Below, in pieces: positions 25,177-37,461 of a stretch of DNA of 64,000 bases. Made by a program: the position numbers and the translations under genes. Location: positions 137,338,230 through 137,402,229 of the forward strand of contig NC_068981.1 of assembly GCF_001194135.2 (NCBI RefSeq). The letters run 5' to 3'. The stretch comes from Octopus bimaculoides (taxonomy: Eukaryota). The first letter of the stretch is position 1. Each line of letters begins with the position of its first letter. The notes beneath the pieces were generated by a model, which was not told the DNA's origin, ran no database searches, and saw nothing but the letters and a program-made list of their open reading frames with translations.

Positions 25177-25330
25177 GAATACAGCGGGCTTCTTTCAATT
25201 TCCGTGTACCAAATCCACTCACAAGGCTTCGGTCGGCCAGGGTCTATAGTAGAAGACACTTGTCCAAGGTGCAACTGAACCCGGAAGCATGTCGTTGGGA
25301 AGCAAACTTCTTACCACACAGCCACACCTA
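24890..25330 (-). mobile_element. SINE family B with long internal (CA)n
   Basis: Family consensus on both sides of the 25086-25175 microsatellite. Confidence 0.9.
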
Positions 25331-25944
25331 TACACAGTTATTTCAAAAGTTGACCATAGATATTACCCTGTTTTCTAAAACATTTCAGACTCCTTGACCT
25401 AGAATTGAAAAATAACAAAAATATGAATGTTTAGTTATTATGCTACATTCTATATGTTGTGTGTTATGTTGGCGTGTATGTCTGAAGGTTTTGTTTATTG
25501 CTTGTCTGTATTGCCTTTTTTTATCATTCCCAAGACACCCATTATTATTACTCGAAGACCAACTTTTCTCTTAAGCTTGAGAATTATTATAAACAATATG
25601 AGAGATCACTATATGGATCCCTTGTATGCTAAAAATAGACGTCAAACCGTCTTACCACTAAACCTATGTTCTCAACTTTTAACGCGCTTGTACGAGGGCG
25701 TTTGAATCGAAATTTAAATACATGACATTGGAACTCTATACATTCGTATCTTCTCACGGAGACAGGTGGTGTCTAGTTCCATTGTTGTGTCAGCACCGAT
25801 TTCACCGAGGAGACACAGACAATTATTGAATTGTCTGTGTCGAAACCTTAAGGTATGGAATTAAGTGCTATGTTTATCTCTTTTCATTTGTCTAGCTCGT
25901 AAACATCTAGCGTATTACTAAGTTGAGAACACGGATTTAGTGGT

Positions 25945-26122
25945 AAAACATAAAATATAACAAAGAATTTAGCAAAATAACTTAGTTATTATTCAGTTAG
26001 TGTTAGGAACATAAATTGTGACTAAGGTTTGGTAGAAGATTTTAATTCAAAACTTATGAAAACAAGACATTTGTACTCAGAGCCAGAGCCGGTTTCAGCC
26101 GGGTTGGTAACGAAAGGGTTAA
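25945..26122 (-). mobile_element. piggyBac-like MITE end
   Basis: Ends ...ACGAAAGGG followed by TTAA (26119-26122), the CCC/GGG-TTAA signature; only one end seen. Confidence 0.5.
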
Positions 26123-26720
26123 ATACAATTCACGGACCTCGGACATTTTTAAGTATTCTGACCACTAGTTGGAATTGATATTATTTAATAATATTAATTT
26201 CTACTCTTATTTGAGAAATAATAATTTAAAAAAAAATTAATTCATATGTAGATTTATGGCAACTCGTCTCCGTCAAAACCAACCTGATGAAGCAATGTAC
26301 GAGTTTATCCCATTCGCATTTAGGGGAAAGGAACACGCAAACATTCAAAATGACTAACAGAAATGTAAGAGACTAATAACGTCCATATCACCTGAATGTT
26401 GATTAATTCTTAATTCATAGATATTATCTCCTCTTTTATTTGTGAGTTAAGGAAAGGCTTAAAACGATGTCGAGATCTTTTTTGATGATGCTTATCAAAC
26501 CAGCTCCAAATCTCTCAAGGTCCTTTATTTGGGGTGGGCATTTTCGTGATTTAAAGCCAAGTTTACTTACGGACATGCTCGCGTTCGGATTCTCGAAGGA
26601 ATACCAAGTGGCTTGAGGTAACCAACAGAGGCCGAAACCTAGAAGCCATCTTGAATTACTTTCAAACTTTCTACTCAGCCTTCGAAAGTCTAATAAGGTG
26701 GACATGTCCTAGTACAATGA

Positions 26721-26749
<29 letters not shown>

Positions 26750-26753
<4 letters not shown>

Positions 26754-27565
26754 GTGTGAGATGGGTAAAGTGTTTTATACTTTTAATTTCGCGCATGCGC
26801 ATTGTTTGTTTTTGATTTTATCGACTACACACTATAGTAGGGTCGGGTGGGCACCGTCTGTGAGAAAAAACAGCACCATGACGCAATTCACTCTGCCAGA
26901 AATTTGGTGACGGCATACTGTACTGCTTGGCATTCGCGCCTTCACCTCCAGTACGAACATTTCAGAGTGTTTGGGTGTCAGTCTGAAGACATTGCAATCT
27001 GACGACATGTACTGAGTGATAAAAATCAAACATCCAGTCAACACTATGGTGTTTGGAGTGATCACTAGTGATGGCGACGTTATGCCTTCAATCATCTTGC
27101 CACACGGCCTCAGACTCATCACAGAGGCCCACATCAAGTGCCTGGAGAACGTAGGCAAGAGGGTGGCTGCTGGAAGATCCTATGTCTGGCAACAGGATTC
27201 TGCACCATACCACACAAGCAGGAGAACCAAGTCATGGTTGTCAGACAATTTCTGCGACCACATCGCCCCTAACATCCCCAGACTGAAATCCCCTTGATTA
27301 TGTATGGGGCGTAGTTGAGCTGAAAGCGAGAATTATGGCAGCATTGGCCAACTTAAGCAAGGAAACGTCCGGAAGAGTTGCAGAAGTCGTCTGGAGATCG
27401 CGGTTGAAGCCAATGGCTATTTTATTGAATAAATTTACCCTTTAGTATTTCAAGATATTTTTATGTAATTTTGGTAAATATATCTGTTAAAATGAGATGT
27501 CAGCATTATTTTCTTTTTGTGTGTGTGTGTGTAATTTAGATGATAGTTTATTCACCGCATCCTGC
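26750..27565 (+). mobile_element. Second maT-like Tc1/mariner remnant
   Basis: KHPVNTMVFGVITSDGDVMPS..YVWQQDSAPYHTSRRTKSWLSDNFCDHIAPNI, then PD*NPLDYVWG; degenerate TIRs (13/20). Confidence 0.8.
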
Positions 27566-28547
27566 ATATATACATACACTACCCAATGTATGTCAAGATT
27601 TTTGATTTTTGTCACCAAGTAAGGGATATGTTAATTTAAAAAAAAAATATACTGTTCGTGCAAGTTATCCCGAACATTCTCCCCCCACTCTCTCTCTCTC
27701 ACTCTCTCTCTCTTCATATGTCATTCCAACATATCAAAATCTAAAGATTCATGACTTTTGTTGGGAAAGACACAATTAGTGGCTTTAGTTTCCGTTGCTT
27801 ACTGTCGGTTTATTTTGTTTATTCTGCTAGTCTCCTGCTCGCCCAAGCTTATCGTTGATACACAGCATCTGTTTGATCCTTAGACAGAGGGATTGGTTCA
27901 CATGACATCAGTCATGTTCATACACCAGTAGACTTGTGTGGCACATACCAGGGGTCAACACTCCGAATCCTCTAACCACTTGACCAGAAATCCTGAACCA
28001 CCGAACCACAGACCAATACCGAGCTGGGGATCATTTGGTACCAGGACACACAGAAAGAATAAATTAAAAATTTTTATTTCTCGTTTATTGAGTATCGCAA
28101 CCTGCAGTGTGTTTTTGCACTATATACACCTGTATTATATAAGAAATAAATAAATCTAACATAAAATTGAGCGTAGTGTATGTATANNNNNNNNNNNNNN
28201 NNNNNNNNNNNNNNNNNNNNNNNNNNNNNNNNNNNNNNNNNNNNNNNNNNNNNNNNNNNNNNNNNNNNNNNNNNNNNNNNNNNNNNNNNNNNNNNNNNNN
28301 NNNNNNNNNNNNNNNNNNNNNNNNNNNNNNNNNNNNNNNNNNNNNNNNNNNNNNNNNNNNNNNNNNNNNNNNNNNNNNNNNNNNNNNNNNNNNNNNNNNN
28401 NNNNNNNNNNNNNNNNNNNNNNNNNNNNNNNNNNNNNNNNNNNNTTCAACTCTGTGTGAGTATATATGTATATGTGTGTGCGTATACACAAGGGGAGTAT
28501 GTGAATGTTTGTATGTGTGATTATTATGTACCTTATTGTGTACCTTA

Positions 28548-28955
28548 TTTTACTCTTTTACTTGTTTCAGTCATTTGACTGCAGCCATGCTGGAGCACCG
28601 CCTTTATAGTCGACCAAATCGACCCCAGAGCTTATTCTTTGTAAGCCTAGTACTTATTCCAACGGTCTCTTTTGCCGAACCGCTAAATTACGGGGACGCA
28701 AACACAACAGCATCGGTTGTCAAGCGATGCTGGGGGGGGGGGGCAAACAAACACATACACACACGTAGATATATATACATATATATACACACATATACAA
28801 CGGTCTTCCAATTTCCGTCTACCAAATCCACTCACAAGGCTTTGGTCGGCCCGAGGCTATAGTAGAAGACACTTGCCCAAGGTACCGCGCAGTGAGGCTG
28901 AATCCGGGACCATGTAGTTGGCAAGCAAGCTTCTTACCACACAGCCACTCCTGCA
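28548..28955 (-). mobile_element. SINE family B, full length
   Basis: High identity to copies at 54045, 57000 and 59533. Confidence 0.9.
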
Positions 28956-29404
28956 TATATAAAATACTACAATTAGCCGTCATTATTGACGGCAAGTGAT
29001 CAGCTAGTTACATGATATGCACTTTATTGGATTTTGTTACATGTGTGATTCCCAGATCTGTAGAAAAATTGTCTTGTATAAAACCGGTATCTGGTACAAA
29101 AAATGCTGGAGACAGTTACACTAGACTATCTTCTATTTGAACGATAACTGGGGATCTTCACAGATACAACTACACCAACACAGAGCGGACCTGGAATTAG
29201 TGGTGACTAAGGGGTAACTCCATAGTTACGCCTGAACTCCCAAGCTAGATGAAGCCCCTCTTCCTTGATACAGCTTAATGTTTTACCTGATACATGGTAC
29301 ATCAATACACACTTGATTTATTATATTGCGAATGGTTTTTCGCTCTCAAAGCTTAGATTTTGGGTATCTCTCGTTCCAGGTCTTTATACCGGGATAGTTT
29401 GTCT

Positions 29405-29555
29405 TGGCATGGCTGTGGGGTTAGTTTCAAATGCAGTCTTATTGCGCAGCAAGTGTCTTCTACTATAGTTTCGGATTGATCACTGCCTTGTGAGGGAAAT
29501 TGGTAAACGGAAACTGCATAGAAGCCCTCGTATATATACATATCTGTGTACGTGT

Positions 29556-29613
<58 letters not shown>

Positions 29614-30295
29614 TTGTCACCATCCCCACTGCGTAACAGCCGGAGTTGGTTCTTTATGTTCCTATAACATAGCAGTTCGGCAAAAGAATTCTGTTAGAAT
29701 AAATACTAGACTTCAATATNNNNNNNNNNNNNNNNNNNNNNNNNNNNNNNNNNNNNNNNNNNNNNNNNNNNNNNNNNNNNNNNNNNNNNNNNNNNNNNNN
29801 NNNNNNNNNNNNNNNNNNNNNNNNNNNNNNNNNNNNNNNNNNNNNNNNNNNNNNNNNNNNNNNNNNNNNNNNNNNNNNNNNNNNNNNNNNNNNNNNNNNN
29901 NNNNNNNNNNNNNNNNNNNNNNNNNNNNNNNNNNNNNNNNNNNNNNNNNNNNNNNNNNNNNNNNNNNNNNNNNNNNNNNNNNNNNNNNNNNNNNNNNNNN
30001 NNNNNNNNNNNNNNNNNNNNNNNNNNNNNNNNNNNNNNNNNNNNNNNNNNNNNNNNNNNNNNNNNNNNNNNNNNNNNNNNNNNNNNNNNNNNNNNNNNNN
30101 NNNNNNNNNNNNNNNNNNNNNNNNNNNNNNNNNNNNNNNNNNNNNNNNNNNNNNNNNNNNNNNNNNNNNNNNNNNNNNNNNNNNNNTATATATATATATA
30201 TATATATATTGGGTTCGATTTATTCGACTAAAGCATTTAAGGCAGTACCCCAGCATGGCCGCAGTCCACAGACTAAAACAAGTAAGAGATAAAAG
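29405..30295 (+). mobile_element. SINE family B with gap
   Basis: Core, (TG)n, and a 3' module interrupted by the 29720-30186 gap. Confidence 0.75.
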
Positions 30296-31219
30296 ATATC
30301 TTTCAGAGCTACATTGTCGTCTGTTGGAATTGATATATCGATTGATTTGTTTTATTCATCAGTTTTTGCAGGTGAATGGAAACATCGGTAAAGATAAAAA
30401 ACAAAACACCGTGTAGCATTTTAGTTACGTCTGTTTCTTGCTTGACTTCAGATCCTGTCAGAATTGACTCTGCTTTTTACTCTTTCAGGATCGTTAAAAT
30501 ATTAAGTCAGTCAAGAAATGAAATCGGTTTAATCGACTGTTTCTTTTACCAAACGTCAATGTTATGGACGTATGTAAGAAATATATTTTCTTTAGACTAA
30601 CAGTTAACTACTTTCAGAATCTGGTAAATTTGTTTAGCAGTAAGAATTGTAAAGTGAACAAAGATTAAGAATTCGAATTGTTAAGTATGTGTAAACATAT
30701 TTAATGGCTGAACCATAAAAAACAAATTAGAGGGCTTATATGTCCCAAAATTAGACTATTTTCTTAAGTCAATACACAGTGATCGCTTATAAGCTTTAAG
30801 CTAATAAAATATTATCAATATTTACAGAATTTTAACTCGGTACCGCTTATCAAATCATCGCAGAAAACGCCTATGCTTGTTTGTTTGTTTAATTGGAAAT
30901 AATGAAGTATTGAGGCGGGTGGGGGGAACACAACAGACGAACTAACGATATGATTATTAATATTTTTGACAAGTACGGGTAATAACTCTGGAAGGAGTCG
31001 ATTTTATTTTGACATCATCAGGGGACCAATGACATTTACTGTACTCGCAGAAGACGTTATAAAAGAATCACTTAGTATAAGATTGTACATTGGTTGACGT
31101 TGGAAAATACAGTTAAGAATTTAATAATTCAAAGACACCATCTGCATGTAAAGCAATAATTTTCTTTAATAATAAAACATATATTTAGGCTGACAAGAGA
31201 CACACATACACAAATATAC

Positions 31220-31220
<1 letters not shown>

Positions 31221-31301
<81 letters not shown>
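31221..31301. repeat. (TA)n microsatellite
   Basis: Direct inspection. Confidence 0.95.
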
Positions 31302-31302
<1 letters not shown>

Positions 31303-31305
<3 letters not shown>

Positions 31306-31490
31306 GAGAATGTACGAAAAAGCAACAACAGACGAGGACAGATGGTATAAACAACAAAAGGATGCATTAGTATGACGCTCGGGAATACGGAAAGTCTTTA
31401 ACGTTTCGAGCTACGCTCTTCAACAGAAAGAATACGGAGACAAGGAGAAAAACACGGAGAAAAAAAATTGAATAGTGTTCAGTCAACGGT
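31303..31490 (-). mobile_element. Penelope-type terminal-repeat (pLTR)-like sequence
   Basis: Contains ACGTTTCG and a minimal hammerhead-like core on the minus strand (31395-31431); flanked by TA repeats. Confidence 0.5.
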
Positions 31491-31495
31491 CAATC

Positions 31496-31526
<31 letters not shown>

Positions 31527-31704
31527 TTATATATATACACATATATACATATATGTATACATATATATATATATATACACACACACAGATTATATATATA
31601 TATATAAATATATATATATTTACATATCTACTACATATATGGGAAAATCGGTGTGTTTTTGTTTGTGGCATTGTTAGCTACATCGTTTTATTGATTTTGA
31701 CGAA

Positions 31705-32150
31705 ACTGGACACGTGAGTAGAACTCATGTTTGGAAACCTTGTGACATACTTAGATTGTTGAAAAAATCGATAATACGGCCCTCGGAAGGGACCTTTATA
31801 TCTACCTCATATAACTATTTTTTAAACACCCAAGGAAAATAACCCATAGCACCTGCACAATATTTTATTTAAACACTCAAGGGAAATAACCCATTTCATT
31901 ATTTATGTTCCATTTGAATATTGATTTTATTGTGTGTCCAATTTTTAATTTTTGCAGACAATATCACCTTTATATTTTATTTGACACGTGAGTAGAACTC
32001 ATGTCTGGAAACCTTGTGACATACTTAGATTGTTGGAAAATATCGATAATAGGATCCCTCCAATGGATCCTTCTATCTACTACATATTACTAATATTTTA
32101 TTTAAACAACCCAAGGGAAGTAAACCATACAACCTGCAGATCAATATTTG
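31705..32150 (+). repeat. Local direct duplication (about 150 bp) in an unclassified repeat
   Basis: GACACGTGAGTAGAACTCATGT.TGGAAACCTTGTGACATACTTAGATTGTTG at 31709 and 31984. Confidence 0.8.
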
Positions 32151-32424
32151 ATTCTCACAATCAACCGACCTAATTCTGCATATCACTACTCACAGTTTTG
32201 AACTGCTAAACCTTATTATTGTACTTCCTTAATTTGAATCTTAAACATTAAAGACTTCATTCATACATTTCTATACATAGATACTTTTTTGAATGCCCAT
32301 TACTCCGATAATTCTGCATTTTTACAGTTACACTTATTCCATGACAGTAGATAAATTTTTCATTCCACTCCAGCGCTTGAATGACTATCCTTCATTAAGG
32401 AGGTTAAAATCCTCTCTACTGGAA

Positions 32425-32628
32425 GTACAAGGTTTCAGATTTTGGGGGAAGGGATTAAGTCGATTACATCTATCCCAGTGCGTAACTGGTACTAATTTTA
32501 TCGACCCCGAGACGATGAAAGGCAAAGTCAACCTCGGCGGAATTTGAACCCAAAATGTAACGGTAGACGAAATACCGATAAGCACTTCGGTCGGTGTACT
32601 AACGATTCTGCCAGTTCGCCGCCTTACT
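32425..32628 (-). mobile_element. SINE family C
   Basis: Close to consensus; other copies at 33755(+), 40725(+), 49315(+), 58060(-), 61795(-), 24620(-) and 22215(-). Confidence 0.85.
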
Positions 32629-34904
32629 AAGGAGGCTAAAATAAAATCGAGATATGCTTGGAGTTGTCACTGTGTCTCTGGAATGACTGAGAGAATTTAG
32701 TAACTTTAGGATGTTGTTGTATTAGTGCCTGTAGATGTTTCAGGGTGATTCTTTATGTATTGGCAGGAACTGTGGTGTTGAAGTTTGCCGTAGCAGCAAA
32801 CTGTGACCCTTGCATGTGCAGATGGTCTTTCATTTTAAAGACACTTTTTCATTGTATTGATCACCCACGATGACGCGAGGTTTGTTGCTTTGTGAACTTT
32901 GTAGTTTATTGTGATTTGTTACAGAGATATGAGAACCAGACATGGTTAGTATAATCCATGATGAATACGATACACTCTTTGTACACCAGCATCCTCTTAG
33001 TGTAGTATACAAAGTACACTAAGAGGATGCCGATGTTAGTGCTCTGTTCGTTATTTTGCTTCTTTACTATATTCCCTACGTGTTCTATTGATTTATGATG
33101 TTGTTTTATCACTCTAAGTATGATTAAGTCTAGACTTGTTTTGTTTCTTATGTCTTCCATATATGCTATAAATGTTGTAATTGTGTCATATTCATCTCCA
33201 AATAATATCTGTTCCTTGCGTGTGTAATGTGCTAATGCTGTTGTTTGGTTTCTGATCAGCTTTGATTGTACAAATCCACGATCAAAGACCTTTTCATCAA
33301 TTGTAGACAGCGCGTCAAAGACATTATCCGATGTGTTCTATCTTTTTAAGACGCATGCTATAAGCTGAGTAAGATCTGGCTACTATTTCTAGCATATCGA
33401 ACAACTATGCAAAGATCTACTCGTTTAGATTGTGGTATATACATGTTGAGTATTATAGTCGCTGGCCTTGCTGGTAAAAGGATTGTAATTTTTAGGTGTT
33501 TGTTAAGTTCAAATAGCTGTGCAGCAGTGTCTCGGGACTGGTTGGATGAAGAATATTGCTTTTCTATGGAAGCTGGATTTACTGGAAGTGGCAGCTGAAT
33601 ATCTGAAATCATATTTAAGAAAAAAATGTCACAATAGTTAATTTAGTCGTGGATGCACTTCGCCTGAATAATAAAAACGGTGTGATCGTTATTGGAATAC
33701 CTCTGACGATATGTCAGCAATTACCTTACAGTTATTGATATATATCGCCTTTCCAAGGTGGCGAGCTGGCAGAATGGCAGCACGCAGAGCAAAATGTTTA
33801 GCAGCATTTCATCCGTCTTCATGCTCTGAGTTCAAATTCTGCCGAGGTCGACTTTACCTTTCATCCTTTCGAAGTCGAACAAAATAAGTACCAGTTGAAC
33901 ACGGGGAGAAATGATGTAATCGACTAACCCCTCTCCTAAAACTGTTGGCCCTGTGCCAAAAATTAAAATCAGTAAATCACTTTTCCTTATTAACTCATTT
34001 AGTTCGCAAATATGATCGATTTAATATAAAGTCAGCCAAAGAATTTCACACATGCACAAACGCACACATACATATACATACATGAATCTATGCATATGTT
34101 TGTTTTTTCAAATTTACTTATGTATACATGCACGAATGTGTACTGTATGTATGTACATGTATGCTGTATTTGTGTAATGTATGTGGAAAGAATTAAAGTT
34201 TTGTAATCAATTTTACACAGAATACGTGTGCTGGGTCTATACATGTAATATGTGTATACAATGTTTATTGTATTGAATTCGATTAGAGTCTTCTTATAGT
34301 TCTCGAGTATTCATTGAGAAGCTTTCTACTACTTTTGTGGTAGAAATATGTAAAAAAAATCTGAAAAAATACTTTTTTTCTTCTACTGTATATCGCTTAT
34401 GTCTTGCCATACAAGATCGATATCTACTTGTTTGCTTATCAATTTAGAGCAAGAATTTCTAAATTTACAAAATATTTTAAACAAAATATGTTTATTTCTA
34501 TCGTAGTAATTTTTTTTTTTTTTTCTTAAATAAATAACACTTTTGGAAACGACCGATTTTACTGACTTCTTTGCTGTTGTTTTGCTCTTAGTCAACCGTG
34601 ATCAGACTGAGGATGAACGGTTTTCTAGCCATGACCAGCTCATCTGTCATTGTTTTTCTTTCACTTCAGATAATCAAATCCTGTCTAGTAATTCATTATG
34701 TGATGTTTGTAGCCTTCCCGTTTTTAAGGTGGTAGAATGTAATTTAAGGTCTCTTTGGCTACAATTTCGTATATAGCGTATCTCGGCTTGCAAGTGAACA
34801 ATATGTTTATGCAACATGTAGACGTTAGAAATTGTTATTATATACAAAATTAATTTGTACAGAATATTACTTTGTCTTCTGAGATTATGTTACTGTTAGA
34901 TGTA

Positions 34905-37240
34905 CTTTAACATCAATACTATTGTGGATTGTACTAGTTTTAGTTTTTTTTTTTTTTTCATTTACTATATTCCATTGTTTTAAGTTAGTCTCTTTGTCGT
35001 TGACACGTTACATATTTTCTTTAATCACATCCTCGAAATATTTCCTACGTTTAATTTGTTGTTTGAAGGCATATAAGTTTTTAAATCTATTTTACACAGA
35101 ACATGTGGTTTATTCGAAATTACTGCTGTCATTGGTTTGCAATCTAAACTGTATGAGAATATCATACATTTTGTGGAATGATATATTTGCAAGAGCACAG
35201 TCTCCCAGTTTGTGGTTTAATTTTATTGACTATCAATTGTGACACGTAATCCACGAGAACCTTCTGCAAATATTAAATATATTTTCCGTAGTTCAAAACA
35301 CTATTGTGTATAACTGTTCTCTCCAGCAAAGTGTTTCTGCCTTTTTATTTTATATACCATATTTACTGGTGTATAAATCGCATCATTAATTTAGTGTTAA
35401 ATCTTCGTTAAAATTTTTTTTCTCTTCGTAGTTTTTGTTTTGACCCGTGTATAAGTGGCATCAAGATTTTCAGCTAAAATCAAGTATAAGATAGTGCGCC
35501 TTATACACGAATAAATAGGGTATATATTTATACTACACGTCGTATCCTACCTTAGACAATCTTTTTGATTATATCTTTTATCTTTTACTTGTTTCGGTCA
35601 TTACACTACGGCCATGCTGGAGCACCATTTTGAAGGGTTTAGTCAAACAAATCGACCCCAGTACTTTTTCTTTATAGTCTGTTACTTATTCTATCGCTCA
35701 TTTTTGCCGAACCGCTAAGTTGCGGGGGGGGGGCACGATATAAAAATAAATGCAGTGGCCGTCATGTGAAGACAAGCGCGTAAAAATATACACATATATA
35801 TATCTTTGTACAACGGGATTTTTTCAGTTTCCGTCTATCAAAATTTTGTCCAACAGGCTTCTTTCAGTTTCCGTCTATTAAGTTCATTCCAAGCTTTGAT
35901 CGTCCCGGGGCTATTGCAGATGACATTTTTCCAAGTTGCCACACAATAAGACTGAACTCAGAACCATGTGGTTGAATAGCAAACTTCTTACCACACAGCT
36001 ACGCCTGTAGAAGACAGCTTCCTTAAAATTCGAACTTGGAGTGTTTAAGCTCGAAACTCAAAACAGTTGTTACTATATTTGGTAACACTGAAGTGAGATA
36101 CTTATGACTAATAATTAACAACATTGTATATATTAATATTGACCAGCGTTAATTTTGCCTATTTTTCTTGAACTCTGTTGTAAAGTCTTCATTTTTCATG
36201 GCAGTTTTTGATGGGCGATGACAAGCAAAAAGACAAGTTTCATTTCCTGCCTAGAAGCCTCATGGAACATTCTGGACTTTTGAATTATAAAAACTCTGGT
36301 GTTTAACTCTCTAAAGAAATACTTTCTATTGCTGCTGGAGAACTTGTGTCTTTAACATCAATATTATTGTGGATTGGACTAGTTGTAGTTCGTTTTCATT
36401 TACCATATTCCATCATTTTAGTTTAGTTTCTTTGTCGTTGACACGTTACATATTTTCTTTAATCACATCCTCGAAATATTTCCTACGTTTAATTTGTTGT
36501 TGGAAGGCATATAAGTTTTTAAATATATTTTACACAGAACATGTGGTTTATTCGAAATTACTGCTGTCATTGGGTTGCAATTTAAACTGTATGAGAATAT
36601 CATACATTTTGTGGAATGATATATTTGCAAGAGCACAGTCTCCCAGTTTGTGGTTTAATTTTATTGACTATCAATTGTGACACGTAATCCATGAGAACAT
36701 TCTGCAGATATTAAATATATTTTCTGTAGTTCAAAACACTATTGTATATAACTGCTCTCACCAGCAAAGTGTTTCTGCTATCTTTTTATTTTATATACCG
36801 TATTTACTGGTGTATAAATCACACCATTAATTTAGTGTTAAATCTTCGTTAAAATTTTTTCTCTTCATAGTTTTTTTTTGTTTTGACCCGTGTATAAGTG
36901 GCATCAAGATTTTCAGCTAAAATCAAGTATAAGATAGTGCGCCTTATACACGAATAAATAGGGTATATATTTATACTACACGTCGTATCCCACCTTAGAC
37001 AATCCTTTTGATTATATCTTTTATCTTTCATTTGTTTCGGTCATTACACTACGGTCATGCTGGAGCACCATTTTGAAGGATTTAGTCGAACAAATCGACC
37101 CCAGTACTTTTTCTTTATAATCTGTTACTTACTCTATCGATCATTTTTGCGGATCCGTTAATGTTGCGGGGGACGCAAAATAAAAAAAAAGGGGTTGTCA
37201 TGTGACGACAAACGCGTGAATATATACATACATACATACA

Positions 37241-37276
<36 letters not shown>

Positions 37277-37461
37277 TATTTGTACAACGGGTTTTTTCAG
37301 TTTCCGTCTATCAAATTTTTGTCCAACAGACTTCTCTCAGTCTCCGTTTATCAAATTCAATCAAGGCTTTGAGCGTCCCGGGGCTATTGCAGATTACATT
37401 TGTTCAAGTAGCTACGCAGTGGGGCTAAACTCAGAACCATGTGGTTGAATAGCAAACTTCT
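34905..37461. repeat. Tandem segmental duplication (34905-35988 vs 36350-37461)
   Basis: Colinear high-identity copies, each with unique sequence, a pogo-like MITE and a minus-strand SINE-B carrying shared diagnostic variants (GTTGAATAGCAAACTTCT). Confidence 0.95.
36797..36967. mobile_element. pogo/Tigger-like MITE (paralog at 35356-35523)
   Basis: TIRs TACCGTATTTACTGGTGTATAA and TTATACACGAATAAATAGGGTA, flanked by TA. Confidence 0.7.

Noticed and set aside
26284-26330. CTGATGAAG motifs (also 6549, 19083, 54998) as hammerhead cores
   Set aside because: No compatible stem II, GAAA, stem III and cleavage-site arrangement.
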